Shown: positions 15,050 through 27,244 of the stretch, in pieces
Layout of the letters: every line of letters begins with the position of its first letter
Numbering within the stretch: position 1 is the first letter of the stretch
Source: Eledone cirrhosa
Lineage: Eukaryota
Direction of reading: 5' to 3'
Length of the DNA stretch: 64,000 nucleotides
NCBI GenBank assembly: GCA_964016885.1
Contig: OZ024746.1
Coordinates: 65,410,001-65,474,000 of the forward strand
Notes under the pieces: generated by a model
Told to the model about the DNA's origin: nothing
Database searches by the model: none
Seen by the model: only the letters and a program-made list of their open reading frames with translations
Program-made: the position numbers and the translations under genes

Positions 15050-15714
15050 CTAAGGCGGGTAAAATTCCCGAGATCCATGGACGAGTTCTCTCCAGCGGTC
15101 TCTGTCCCTCATTATCGCTGCCATATCCTGCATCTCCAACAGACCAGTGTCTGTCCTTAGGGCATCAACATATGTTAACCTTGGTCTTCCTCTTCTAGTG
15201 TGTCCATGTAGGGGCTCCCAAAGGAGCACTGAGTGCAATGTCAACTCTGGATGTCGGTGAGCATGTCCAGCCAACCTCAGTCTTCTCTGTGTCACTTTTG
15301 AGCTGACTTTTGGGATGCTCCCATACAGCTCTGAGTTTTTCATCCTCAGTGTATACTGATTAATGTTCAGAGCCATCCTCAGCATTCTCGTGTAGCACCC
15401 ATCCACCATCTGAGTGAGTCTCTTGGTCAGTGTCCAAGTCTCAGACCCATACAGCAGCACAGACTCCACTACAGCAATGAAGAGGCGGATTTTCAGGTCT
15501 CTACGAAGGTCCGACTTCCACACCGATCTCAAGCTGTGACACGCCGCCCAGGCCTTGCTCTTCCTCTCAACCACATCATCTTCCGTATGAGAATGAATGA
15601 GACTAAAACAAAATATCTGGTAGAGAATGTTGAGAAGCCAGAGGGGATCACTAATGTAGGCGGGAAGCCGCTGGAATTGGTTGAGGACTTCCTGTATTTG
15701 GGAGCAAAGATTGG

Positions 15715-15718
<4 letters not shown>
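15050..15718 (-). mobile_element. 5'-truncated RTE-clade LINE with 5' inversion, inserted in (TA)n
   Basis: Minus 15590-15050 encodes ...KIRLFIAVVESVLLYGSETWTLT...RRLRLAGH...GRPRLTYVD...DRDRWR, then TAG and an (ATAG)n tail. Plus 15588-15718 encodes the upstream piece RMNETKTKYL...LELVEDFLYLGAKIG. Confidence 0.9.
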
Positions 15719-15762
<44 letters not shown>

Positions 15763-16051
15763 TAGAGAGAGAGAGAGTGTGTGCCATCAATAAAACAGTG
15801 AAACCACCAGTGTATAGAATCTATAACCTATGGAAGGCAGGGTAGACACACAATAATTAAAAATATAAATTAAAATGCGAATACGCACTTCTATAACTAT
15901 ATAACACACACGTACAAATCCAAAGAGATCTGTTTCGCCAAGAAATTATTGACTGAAATGGAAGCGCCTATGGTTCATCAGACAACTCTAAGAAAATATA
16001 AGATAACCGTCCTGCAACACGCGGCAGAGAGATGTGACAGCGTGCATCTTG

Positions 16052-16138
16052 TACTCTCAGTCGCTTCTCTCCATGAAACCGGGATAAGCACCGGTCAAAC
16101 GAGCCTTCTGGCTTAAGACAGACTTTAGACTTTTAGAT
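16052..16138 (+). mobile_element. 3' tail fragment of SINE family 2
   Basis: Near-identical to 59927-60005 (ctcagtcgctt...ccatgaaaccgggataagcaccgg...agacagactttaga). Confidence 0.75.
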
Positions 16139-16158
16139 ATATATATACATACATACAT

Positions 16159-16225
<67 letters not shown>

Positions 16226-16230
<5 letters not shown>

Positions 16231-16431
16231 AAAAGTATGACCCCGACGGCAGAGCTCAAGCCGTTTCGACGGTTATTTCTGGACGAGAAATAGTCCAGAA
16301 ATAGCAGTCGAAACGGCTTGGGCTCTGCCGTCGGGGTCATACATTTTCCTATTACTCACTCTACTACCCTAAGTATTGAGTACTCTGGTGCCTTATGGTC
16401 CATCTGGTTCCTTAACACAACTCCTTCGTTA
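16226..16431 (+). mobile_element. Family G fold-back mini-element with half-hammerhead arms
   Basis: Arms of about 55 bp (GGAAAAGTATGACCCCGACGGC...CTGGAC / GTCCAG...GCCGTCGGGGTCATACATTTTCC) plus an ~80-bp tail, between (TA)n runs. Confidence 0.85.
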
Positions 16432-16642
16432 TATATATATATATATATATATAACACAATATATTAACACATATATATTCCTTAGCACAACTCCTTCGTT
16501 ATATATATATATATAGGAATATATATGTGTTAATATATTGTGTTAAGTATATATATTCGAGGCCCATGGGTAATCTTCCGGCTGGACAGGATGGAAAAAA
16601 AAAACAGTCACAAGACGTAGCTCAATATTCAGGTTGAAATAA

Positions 16643-16820
16643 TTGTTTCTACTTTAGGCACAAGGCCAGCAAATCACCAGTGTATTACTGGTACTTTATT
16701 TTATCGACTCCGTAAGGATGAAAGGCAAAGTAAACCTCGGCGGGATTTGAACTCAGACTGTAAAGGGACGTAACTATGCTGGAAAGCATGGCGTCCGACC
16801 CTCTACGATACTGTCAATCC
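16643..16820 (-). mobile_element. tRNA-derived SINE, family 1
   Basis: Near-identical to 18325-18511. Confidence 0.85.
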
Positions 16821-18039
16821 AATACGTTAAAATCCTTAATTGATTGTGTGATTACTCTGTGCGGCACATTGAATTATCGATCCGTGTGTGAACCTTATTT
16901 AGAACTCAACGCCGTAAGTACGATTCCCTAGATCGTATCGTTGTCGACGGAGTATTAATATAGGAATTAAAACGAAGACAGGAGGTTAAGGTTCATATTC
17001 TATTTTGTGATATATATTCCTATTTTTGAACTTTTCCATTGCGCTTGTACATATCGATGTATCACTCAGGTGTCATTTTAATATATACCTGGCGTTGGCT
17101 GAGTAGGATTTTATAAAATAGTTGTGATTTCTAGTGATAAGTGTTTGTGGGTCCTGAGTACGTTCTATTCGCCGTGTACTACGTTTGTTCATTGTGGTGG
17201 GAGGGTGTTTCTGTTTCCCGACTTTGATTGATGTGTGAGGTTATGAACTGACGGTAATAAACATATACTTTGGCCGTTGCCAGAGTTTGTCGCCAACTGA
17301 ATGACATGAGTTTATGATACTTTACCGATGTTGGCATTATCTATGACAGGAATTTGCTAGTTAATAGCGCATATGTGGAATGGGAGATGCTACGTTTAAT
17401 AAAACTATATTATCTTGTGTAGAAAGGTTAAAAAGTATACATTTAGTCCATGGAGACACATAAAATCAACAAAGGTATAGATAATGAAAACACAACTAGG
17501 AGAATACGTGTAAAAAATAACGAAATAAGAAAATATATTAATATGATGAAACAAGTCAAGAATTGGATAAAAAGAATCAGTGGATGGATAAAAAAATAAA
17601 CATAAAAAAAGTGAAGAAGAATAATGAATGTAATAGAATAAGGTAAGTATGAGGACTTTTTATGAGTAGTAACAGGATATTCGTAGAATAAGGATAACGA
17701 AATAAAAGTAGCGAAATAGAGATAACGATGTAAAAAACAAACCACCATTCTGGGAATGAAAAATGAAAACATACATATCTAATATTCGGGAAAAATCTGG
17801 TGAGAAAGTATTTAATAAATTAAGGGGAGTTATTTGATGAGAGATATGGTAGTAATATGGTAAGGCGAGCAGATAAACACAGGACTATACATATAGGACT
17901 AATTATATACATACATAAATCGATTGACAAGATCGTAGACTTCATCCGCTTACTGAGTGGGGTAAAACTTGGTCTTTCCATTGCTGCCACTATCTCCCAG
18001 TTGCAATTCTCTTTACTAATGTCCAAATTATTTTAATTA

Positions 18040-19250
18040 ATAGTTGTTAAGGTATCGGTCATCATAAATGAAGTCGCTATCCTTATGATATGTTTAGTTC
18101 ACTTAGTTACTTTAAATTTAGAGTGACGTGTTAAATTGATGTTATATGTTTACGAAGGAATCTGGGTTTGTTAACAGTCTTTTAAGAATTCTACCAGTTT
18201 GACGGATATAAAATAATTTTTCCTGATAGATAACATAGAATTGGTATAGAGTCGATTAGTAACTGTTAAGGCACTTGTTTATTTAGATTCTTCGGTGATT
18301 AGACCTGGGTATTTACTAATAAATAATTGTTTCTACTTTAGGCACAAGGCCAGCAATTACTCAGTGCATTACTGGTACTTTATTTTATCGACCCCGTAAA
18401 GATGAAAGGCAAAGTCAACCTCGGCGGGATTTGAACTCAGATCGTAAAGGGACGTAACTATGCTGGAAAGCATGGCGTCCGACCCTCTACCGATACTGCC
18501 AATCCACCGCCGTTTATTTACTAATAAATTATTTACTTTAGGCACAAGGCCAGCAATTACCCAGTGCATTACTGGTACTTTATTTTATCGACCCCGGAAG
18601 GATGAAAGGCAAAGTAAACCTGGGCTCGATTTGAACTCAGATCGTAAAGGGACGTAACTATGCTGGAAAGCATGGCGTCCGGCCCTCTACCGATACTGCC
18701 AATCCACCGCCGTTTATTTACTAATAAATAATGAATAGCGATCTGGTTGTTGTAAGATGAAGGTTTGAAATGATTGATCACTTTTGGCCTATTATGATTT
18801 TATATCATGGGAATTTTATTTGTGGAGTCGTAAGAATATTTTTGATAATGTGAAGGTGACAGGTGTCAAAGAGGTCACAATTGTTATTTATTATGCTAGG
18901 TTCGTTTTTATCTAATAATCTCCATGCCTTCCTCTATGCATATATTGTAAATGTTGTCCCTTCTGTTGTATGGATAGGCTGATGTAATTGTTGACAATGA
19001 AAGAGAGGATTCTGAGTGTTTCAGTCTGAATTGTCAGATTAAAACGTATAAAGCTGTGCTTCACTTCTATCATATTTTTTTAACGTATGGCAATGTTTAT
19101 ACCGTTTGTCCTTAAAGTGAGTCGCAGTCGCGGCTATATACGCATATGTTCTACCCCTGCTATATTTTTACGCTATATGCCTAATTAAACATTGGTTCTG
19201 TAGAGGATATTGTTGAAGATTAACTACTTTACATAACGTACTGAGAGGAT
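18040..19250 (-). pseudogene. Possible heavily decayed Penelope-like element interrupted by SINEs
   Basis: Minus strand YIRQTGRILK at 18189-18210 resembles the GIY-YIG YIGQTGR motif; other motifs are only vaguely visible. Confidence 0.3.
18325..18712 (-). mobile_element. Tandem pair of family 1 SINEs (18325-18511, 18533-18712)
   Basis: Two near-identical copies; atttactaataaat occurs before, between and after them. Confidence 0.9.
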
Positions 19251-19292
19251 ATTCCTTTATATATAGACATTAACATACATATATATATACTC

Positions 19293-19346
<54 letters not shown>

Positions 19347-19350
<4 letters not shown>

Positions 19351-19915
19351 AGTGTAATTTACTACACAAAACGAAGGTTATAGAGAAAATTGAGGTTGGT
19401 AATGGCACATGGAATATATAAGAGACAGAATACTTTTTTGTGAAAAAACATATAATTTTATAAGGTAAGGAAATAATAAAGGGTATAAAAAATGACCGGT
19501 TTCGATGGGTCTGCAAAAGCCATCTTTTCAAATGTTGATTAATATTAAGAAAAATTAATAATAAGAAGAGTTAAAATTTGAGATTTGAAAATTCAAGTAT
19601 AGAATTCATTGTGGGATTTCATAGTAGTTTTCATCTTGGTAGCAACTCGTTGCTACCAAGATGAAAACTACTATGAAATCCCACAATGAATTCTATACTT
19701 GAATTTTCAAATCTCAAATTTTAACTCTTCTTATTATTAATTTTTCTTAATATTAATCAACATTTGAAAAGATGGCTTTTGCAGACCCATCGAAACCGGT
19801 CATTTTTTATACCCTTTATTATTTCCTTACCTTATAAAATTATATGTTTTTTCACAAAAAAGTATTCTGTCTCTTATATATTCCATGTGCCATTACCAAC
19901 CTCAATTTTGTCTCT
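19347..19915. mobile_element. HHR family B fold-back element (261-bp near-perfect palindrome)
   Basis: Arms 19386-19646 / 19649-19909 with a 2-nt centre; mirror ORFs 19531(-)/19764(+) confirm the symmetry. Flanked by (TA)n. Confidence 0.9.
19759..19806 (+). ncRNA. Degenerate hammerhead motif (family B; mirror copy 19489-19536 on minus)
   Basis: aacat-TTGAAAA-GATGG-cttttgcagac-CCATC-GAAA-CCGG-TC-atttt. Palindromic stem III and GUC site intact; CUGANGA box altered. Confidence 0.5.
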
Positions 19916-19916
19916 C

Positions 19917-19947
<31 letters not shown>

Positions 19948-20405
19948 ATGCATATATATAATATATATAGCAAATTCGATATTACAGATAAACTTAAAAT
20001 TAAATGATAGATTTATATACAAACAAGATATGACAAAAAATATGTGATTTTACTGTCTGTTAGAATCAATTCGCAACTACTGTAAACAATTCAATTTGTG
20101 TTTTGCCGATAAGAATTCCAGTTGTTCGAAATCAATGTATAAGTGACTCGCTTCCACATTCTGTTATAAAGTAGACCATTTAAATTAGAGGTACAAAACC
20201 TTTGGCGAGCTTCCAAGCAGTTTCCCTCAACCTAATTCCACCCATAAAATATTTGTTGACTGGAGGCTACGTTAAATGAAACTAGATCAAGTTTCCTTCG
20301 TAGATTCCTCTGCTAGTCGAATTATATGATCTGGTTTCGGAATTCGGGTTTACCAGCATATTGTTATATATTTTACACGTACACACACATGAATAGACTA
20401 AACTT

Positions 20406-21110
<705 letters not shown>

Positions 21111-21390
21111 TTTGTGTGTGAGGTGGGTGTAGGTATGTGGATGGGTGTATGTACAGATAACCGTCTCCTGAAACTAATGCGAATATTGTAAAATTGATAA
21201 CAATTGTACAACCTCGTTTGTGATTTTCAAAATAATCCTAACGTCACGCCACGCACTATGCTAACATGGTCTAATAACATGTCCTTTAGAGTGTACATTT
21301 TTTAAATCACCGACTTTACGATATTTCACGTTATAAAATTTACATATGATAATAACTTAATGATTAGTTTGACTTACAACGTAAGGGGTT

Positions 21391-21454
<64 letters not shown>

Positions 21455-21457
<3 letters not shown>

Positions 21458-23010
21458 AAAGAACACAAGAGCGTTTACAACATCAACAAATTTTTTATTA
21501 GCTTACAATATTTCTTCCTTACGTAACCGTAGGATCCTTCAGAGCTATAAAAGGGGTTTGATTGGTTTAATGGACTCTACCAACCAAACATTCAAGAACA
21601 AAGAGTAAAGAGAGTAAAGAGCAAAAGCAGGGGACAATAAGTCTAATTTAGGTGCGGGAGGGTGGGGTGTGGGTCCTTGTTTACTAGCTGTGGTCATATT
21701 CATTCCCGGGACTCGAGTGGTTAGTCGAGCCATAGATGGGGTGGCATTGATAGTAGGGTGCAGAGGGTGTGCAGAGGCTACACACACACAAAGGGCACAT
21801 AATATATATATAACGGAGGAGAAAGTACATGAGGTAATTAGAAATGGAATAAGAATAAGAATAATTTATAGTTAATAATGTATAATAAGGCATATGGAAG
21901 ATTACACTATAATAAGATATAAAAGTAAGAATAAAATAAAATATAAGGAGGATAAAAATGAAAATAAAAATAAAAATAGAAAATATATAAAAAATATATA
22001 GAGAATATATAAAAAAATATAAGCAAGTATCAGAAGGGGAAAGACACAATGTAAAAAAACAGATTTTGTTAAATAAGAATATTATAAATATGGGGGGAGA
22101 AAACGGGAGAGAGAAATATAATCAATAGTTGAGAGAATATAAGATGATAATAAGTGTGTCAAGTTTATACATCTTAATAATAAATAATATGTATACTAGA
22201 GTTACACATCTTTCAGTGCACTTGCAAGTCCAACCCATAGATCGTAGTCCATCGCTCATCTGTGCGGTCGTGTGTGCTTGCGCTCGACCTCACAACAGAT
22301 CCACAAGTTCATATATTTCAATGCAAATAGAATTCTATTTGTGCTTACCCGGTCATTGACGGAGCATCCAATATTCCTAGTTCGTTGCTGTTATTTTGGT
22401 CGCATAAATCAGTCACTTGGTTCTATATTATGGAGCATGGTTTTCTGGTCTTCGATACACTATCAGTGGTCGTATTTCTCAAAATCACAAGGATCAGAGT
22501 ACTCCAGTTCGGTTTGATTATCGGTCATCCAACTATGTTGTCGGTGGTTGGATTCAAATCTATTGCCCAGAACGTAGAACTTTGGTGTTGATTGAACATT
22601 AACGAGGCAGAGTGAAATCGCATCTGTGGTAAATAACGGTACGCAAGGAAATTCTTCGTCTTCGTTTCATCCGGGTCTAGCAGTCACGTGCAAGAACTGC
22701 TACGTAGTAACTGTGAGGGCAAGCGGTCAAGATAGCAACTGACCGAAAATTCTCCTGGGAATTCGGTCAGGCATGACATGTACATCTAGGTCACCAGTTT
22801 CCTCGTGTGTACGTGTGTCCAATACACACAGACACACATCTATATGTATTTCAACGCGAACAAAATTCAATTGATGCCCTTATTGAAATTATATCTGATA
22901 TTCCTAGATCTCTGTTGTTCCGATGTCCATGTTGTGATGTTTAGGTCGTATTTACCAGTCACTGTGTTTTGCCTTGACCTTGGAGTGTGATGTTTTGGTC
23001 ATCAATATAC
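21455..23010 (-). mobile_element. Probable PLE-derived element (3' UTR/pLTR with HHR) of unknown family
   Basis: Minus-strand HHR-like motif near the (TA)n junction, long T-rich 3' UTR-like segment, and an internal diverged duplication. The upstream boundary is uncertain. Confidence 0.45.
21499..21547 (-). ncRNA. Hammerhead-like motif, variant core
   Basis: TAGCT-CTGAAGG-ATCCTACG-GTTA-CGTAAGGAA-GAAA-TATTG-TA-AGCTA. Confidence 0.55.
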
Positions 23011-23182
23011 ATACCCCCCCTTATATAAGGAGGCAATTGTAGTTTACTTGAAGCATTGCGTAATGAGATATAAACGTTTGGAGTTAGAAAGCCAAAACAA
23101 TGCAGATATGGATATAGAATATAAATACAAATGCAAAAGATATTGCTGACAATTAGTCTTTTACCTTAAATTTATTTTAATA

Positions 23183-23220
23183 TCCTTAATTTTCGAGATA
23201 GTATCTCTTCTTCGGAGGGA
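23183..23220 (-). ncRNA. Degenerate hammerhead in the Penelope pLTR
   Basis: ccct-CCGAAGA-A-GAGAT-act-ATCTC-GAAA-AT-TA-agga. Confidence 0.55.
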
Positions 23221-23625
23221 AGTAAAGGGGTTAATCCAGTGTTCTAATTAGCTTGCCAAGTCATGCTGACAGGAAATGGTATAGAAATTCCATTCTATTT
23301 CTAATGTCAAAGAGTGATGGTTAGGTGGATAAAAGTTGTCTCCCTTTAAAAACGGTTTGGACATGTATGTCTAAGTGTGTGTGGAAGAATACGTGAAGGT
23401 GTAAGCATGCGTGTGTATGTGTGTGTGTGTGTGTGTGTGTATGAGTGTGAGAGGATATGTTTATATGTGAATGTGGGGGCTAGATGCTCTATCATGTTGA
23501 AACTGGTCTTTGTGTGTGTATGTGTGTGTGAGAGAGAATAAGTGGAGTTGTAAGCGTGCGCGTGTGTGTGTGTGTGTGTGTGAGAGAGGGTACGTGGAGG
23601 TGTAAGTGTGGGGCTAGGTGCTCTA

Positions 23626-24130
23626 TCATGTTAAAAATTGGTTGTTGAGTTCTAGTCTGTTATTGATTGGTGGGTACGTTTTGTCTATAATCAGTGCTTC
23701 TTTAATTCTAAGATTGCCGAACGTTCTTTCCTTAGCTTCTATCCTAACTATTATGTTTTTGCATTTCACTAGGTGTTTCTTAAATGAGGAAGCGTTAGTG
23801 TTGAGGTGTTCTTTTATTCTTATATGAAGTGGTCTGATGGTCTATGTAGAAATTGCTGCATTTGTCGCACTCTAATCTGTATACGACGTAAGCCTGGTGA
23901 CATAGGTCTGTGTCGTTGATGGGGCAGTTGGCTAGCCTGCAACAGCTGTCATGTCTGGTGGAGTGTCTTTTGGTTAGCTGTCCGCGTAGAGAAGGTCCTG
24001 AGTGAGCTAGCTGGATATCTAGTCCCTCTCGTCTGACAGCTCTGCGGATGGCTGTTGTTGTTTCGTCACTGAAGTGTGGGAGCTTCAGGAAGCAGGTGTT
24101 AGTGCCTCGGGTGTGGTTTTCTCTGTTGTT
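23626..24130 (-). pseudogene. Penelope GIY-YIG endonuclease C-terminal fragment (inverted copy)
   Basis: ...VVYRLECDKCSNFYI...RPLHIRIKEHLNT...NLRIKEALII...PPINNRLE...FLT*; preserves the C-terminus that is lost from the plus copy. Confidence 0.85.
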
Positions 24131-24262
24131 TAAGGATATTAAAATAAATTTAAGGTAAAAGACTAATTGTCAGCAATATCTTTTGCATTTGTATTTATAT
24201 TCTATATCCATACCTGCATTGTTTTGGCCTTCTAACTCCAAACGTTTATACCTCATTACGCA

Positions 24263-26660
24263 ATGCTTCAAGTAAACTACTATTTCCTCCTTTCCTTACG
24301 TCTGAGCCAGGCCCAGCTTACAACTGTAAAGAAACTCTTCCATCTACCTGAAAATCGCGCCAAAGCCGGCTGCCAAACAAACTTCCTCAAACGGTGCCTG
24401 AATAACAACATTACCCCAAATATTATCAAAAACCTGCACCTACCAACATGCTTCAAATCACCAGGCCTCAAACGATCATACAAAAATTCTGACTAAGAAA
24501 ACTCATACAACACCTACTCCGCACGCTACAACAACACATACGGACTATTTCCAGCCAAGTACCACAACTCGCTGAAACCTCAGAACCTCTGCTCAGAGTA
24601 ATTTCCGCCGCTATAGACACGTCATACCACCATCGCCGAGATTACGAGAAAATACGCCTAAAGCAAACATTTCTCCAACTCAGCACGGCTGACCGTCTTA
24701 ACAACAACCCAACTCTAAGCACCAACAGAGGCGAACAAGACGGTACCAACATCGAACCTAGCGGCGCCCCGACCAACAACACACCTGACGCAAAACACCT
24801 CGTCACAGACTTGACAGGATCTCTCTCCCGAGATGAACTAGACCTCCTCAGCCTGGGTCCCAAGTTCATATTGAAACAGAGACTGGACGACAAATTATGG
24901 CTCAACATAGAAACGAATTTCTGTCGGGCCGCCTACTAACTAAAATGGATATCGACCCTCGGCAACAACACCACGGAATCTAACACAACTAGATTCCCGA
25001 TATACCAACTGGACCGCCCAATCTGTCCACCACCTGCCAACCGCGAGCTGGAAGAAGTATTTAATATCTTACGGAAACAGAAGAAGATAGTCCCAAACCT
25101 CTTCAGGACGCAACAACTCGCCCTGAAGAACCTGCGGAATAGGGAACTCATATACTTACCATCCGACAAAGGTAAAGAGTTCTCTGTCATCTCTCAAGCC
25201 ACATACAACAAACTAGCCTTTGAACACTTAAGCGACAACGAACTGTATACAAAGGTCCCGGACATAACTGCAGCCCAGATCGAAAAACAGGCCAACTCCA
25301 TCTGGTTCGATATCTGTAGTAGAAGACAACTCCCAAATAAATTTAAGTTCAACTACACCACTAGAAATAGCAGACTGCCCACTTTCTATCACCCGATAAA
25401 GACCCACAAGAATAGTACTAAGACACAAATAAGACCCAACGTCTCGAGCATAGAAGCGCCCCTATACAAAATCTCCTGGCTCCTCTCCCAGGTCCTTAAA
25501 CCTCTACTCTCCACCTTTCCCGGGCATGTCAGTAGCTCCGACCAGGTCATACGTAGACTACACCAACTCCAGCCAGAACAACTTAAACTAAATAGATACG
25601 CCTTTAGCCTCCACGTTGTCTCCCTCTACACTACAGTCCCCGCTTATCCAGCTGTCGATTTATTGATGGAGTGCGTGGTCGCAGAAGACGTCCACTGTTA
25701 CGGCCTCCATCCGACGGACATACACCAGCTTTTGTCCTTCACAGTGGACAACACGTACTTCACCTTCCCCCACCACATATACAGTCAGACAACAGGATTA
25801 CCCATGGGATCCAGCCTATCGGGCCTGCTGGCCATCACTTATATGAACCAGCTAGAATGCCGAGCCCTCAACACCTGCCATTCCTACACCTTCTTCACCC
25901 GATATGTAGATGACATACTCATCCTTACATCATCCCGTGAAGAAGCCGATAAAATATACATGGACGCATGGACGCCAATATAAAGTTCAGCATGGAACAC
26001 CCTGATGACCGCGGATCCCTATCCCTATTAGAATTCCAACTCAGGGTAACAGAGGAAAGGGACATCCACACCTGCTTCCATAAAAAAGCCACCAGTAGGG
26101 ACCTGTTCGTACATTTCAGATCGGCCCTCCCAGTCAGCGCTAAGTTCGGATACATAAGGAACGAACTAACACGTATCCGCAACAAATGCACCGACGGAAG
26201 AGATCGAGACACACCACACATTTCCTGGAAGAACTTAAACTGAACGGATACCCGACGTCCACGGCGAACGGTGCCAGAAACAACAGAGGACACCACACCC
26301 GAGGCACTAACACCTGCTTCCTGAAGCTCCGACACTTCAGTAACGAAACAACAACAGCCATCCGCAAAGCTATCAGACGAGAGGGACTAGATATCCAGCT
26401 AGCCCACCCAGGATCTTCTCTACGCGGACAGCTTACCAAAAGACACTCCACCAGACATGACAGCCGCTGAAGGCTAGCCAACTTCCCCATCAACGACACA
26501 GACCTATGCCACCAGGCTTACGTCGTATACAGATTAGAGTGCGACAAATGCAGCAATTTCTACATAGGTAGCACCATCAGGCCACTTCACATAAGAATAA
26601 AAGAACACCTCAACACTAACGCTTTCTCATTTAAGAATCACCTAGTGAAATGCAAAAACA
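24263..26660 (+). pseudogene. Penelope-like RT + GIY-YIG ORF, frameshifted with stops
   Basis: Motifs LPSDKG, FSLHVVSLYTTVP, QTTGLPMGSSLSGLLA, RYVDDIL, NGYP and VVYRLECDKCSNFYIGSTIRPLHIRIKEH. Confidence 0.9.
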
Positions 26661-27139
26661 CCGTACTAAGAGTGAGAAATGGAATTTCGTTTCATTTTTT
26701 CCGTTTATCGTTTTCCGTACCCCGGCCGATTAACTCACTCGATATGCAAATTAGGCTGCTCAGCCGTTAATATGCATAAGGAAAGTATATACTTTCAGAC
26801 GTTCAACCATCTGGCAGGAAGGTATACGTTGCTGACGATAGCTAATAAGCTTGAAACTAGTACAGCGTTCCTTTGTCAGTGTTGAACAAATGAGCAACGA
26901 TGGTTGCTAGACACTGTACCGCTTAATTCGGGATGTTTGTTTACAAACACACCGAGCATTATAATAAATGTTCGGTGAATCCATACGTACATATATATAT
27001 GTGTGCATGTATGTATATATATATGTACATACTACTGTACGTCTGTATACATATATGTATGTACGTATACATACTTATATTTAAATAACAGCCGTACTAA
27101 GAGTGAGAAATGAAATTTCGTTTCATTTTTTCCGTTTAT
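26661..27139 (+). mobile_element. HHR family I retrozyme-like element, 431-bp unit with 48-bp terminal direct repeat
   Basis: 26661-26708 is repeated at 27092-27139. It ends in (TA)n and truncates the Penelope ORF; second copy at 41755-42360. Confidence 0.85.
26826..26868 (+). ncRNA. Minimal type I hammerhead ribozyme (family I)
   Basis: ACGTTG-CTGACGA-T-AGCT-AATA-AGCT-T-GAAA-CTAG-TA-CAGCGT; 6-bp stem I, palindromic stem III ACTAGT, GUA site. Confidence 0.85.
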
Positions 27140-27211
27140 ATATATATATATATATATATGAATATCAGTCTCTCTAAATATATATGTCTGTGTGTGCATA
27201 TGCCAAGAGAA

Positions 27212-27244
<33 letters not shown>

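Larger units (their letters stand above)
23027..26660. mobile_element. Penelope/Poseidon-type PLE: inverted 3' partial copy (23027-24130, minus) joined to a near full-length decayed copy (24131-26660, plus)
   Basis: Inverted repeats 23027-23189 / 24130-24292 and 23755-24130 / 26279-26660. Confidence 0.9.

Noticed and set aside
19347-19915. Fold-back elements as MITE/DNA transposons with TIRs
   Set aside because: Arms are asymmetric (one has an extra tail), centres vary between copies, and they carry HHRs typical of PLE-associated retroelements.
19295-19961. Duplicated 'gene' MKRWLLQTHRNRSFF on both strands (likewise 45205/51127 and 52412/53489)
   Set aside because: Mirror ORFs are by-products of the inverted repeats.
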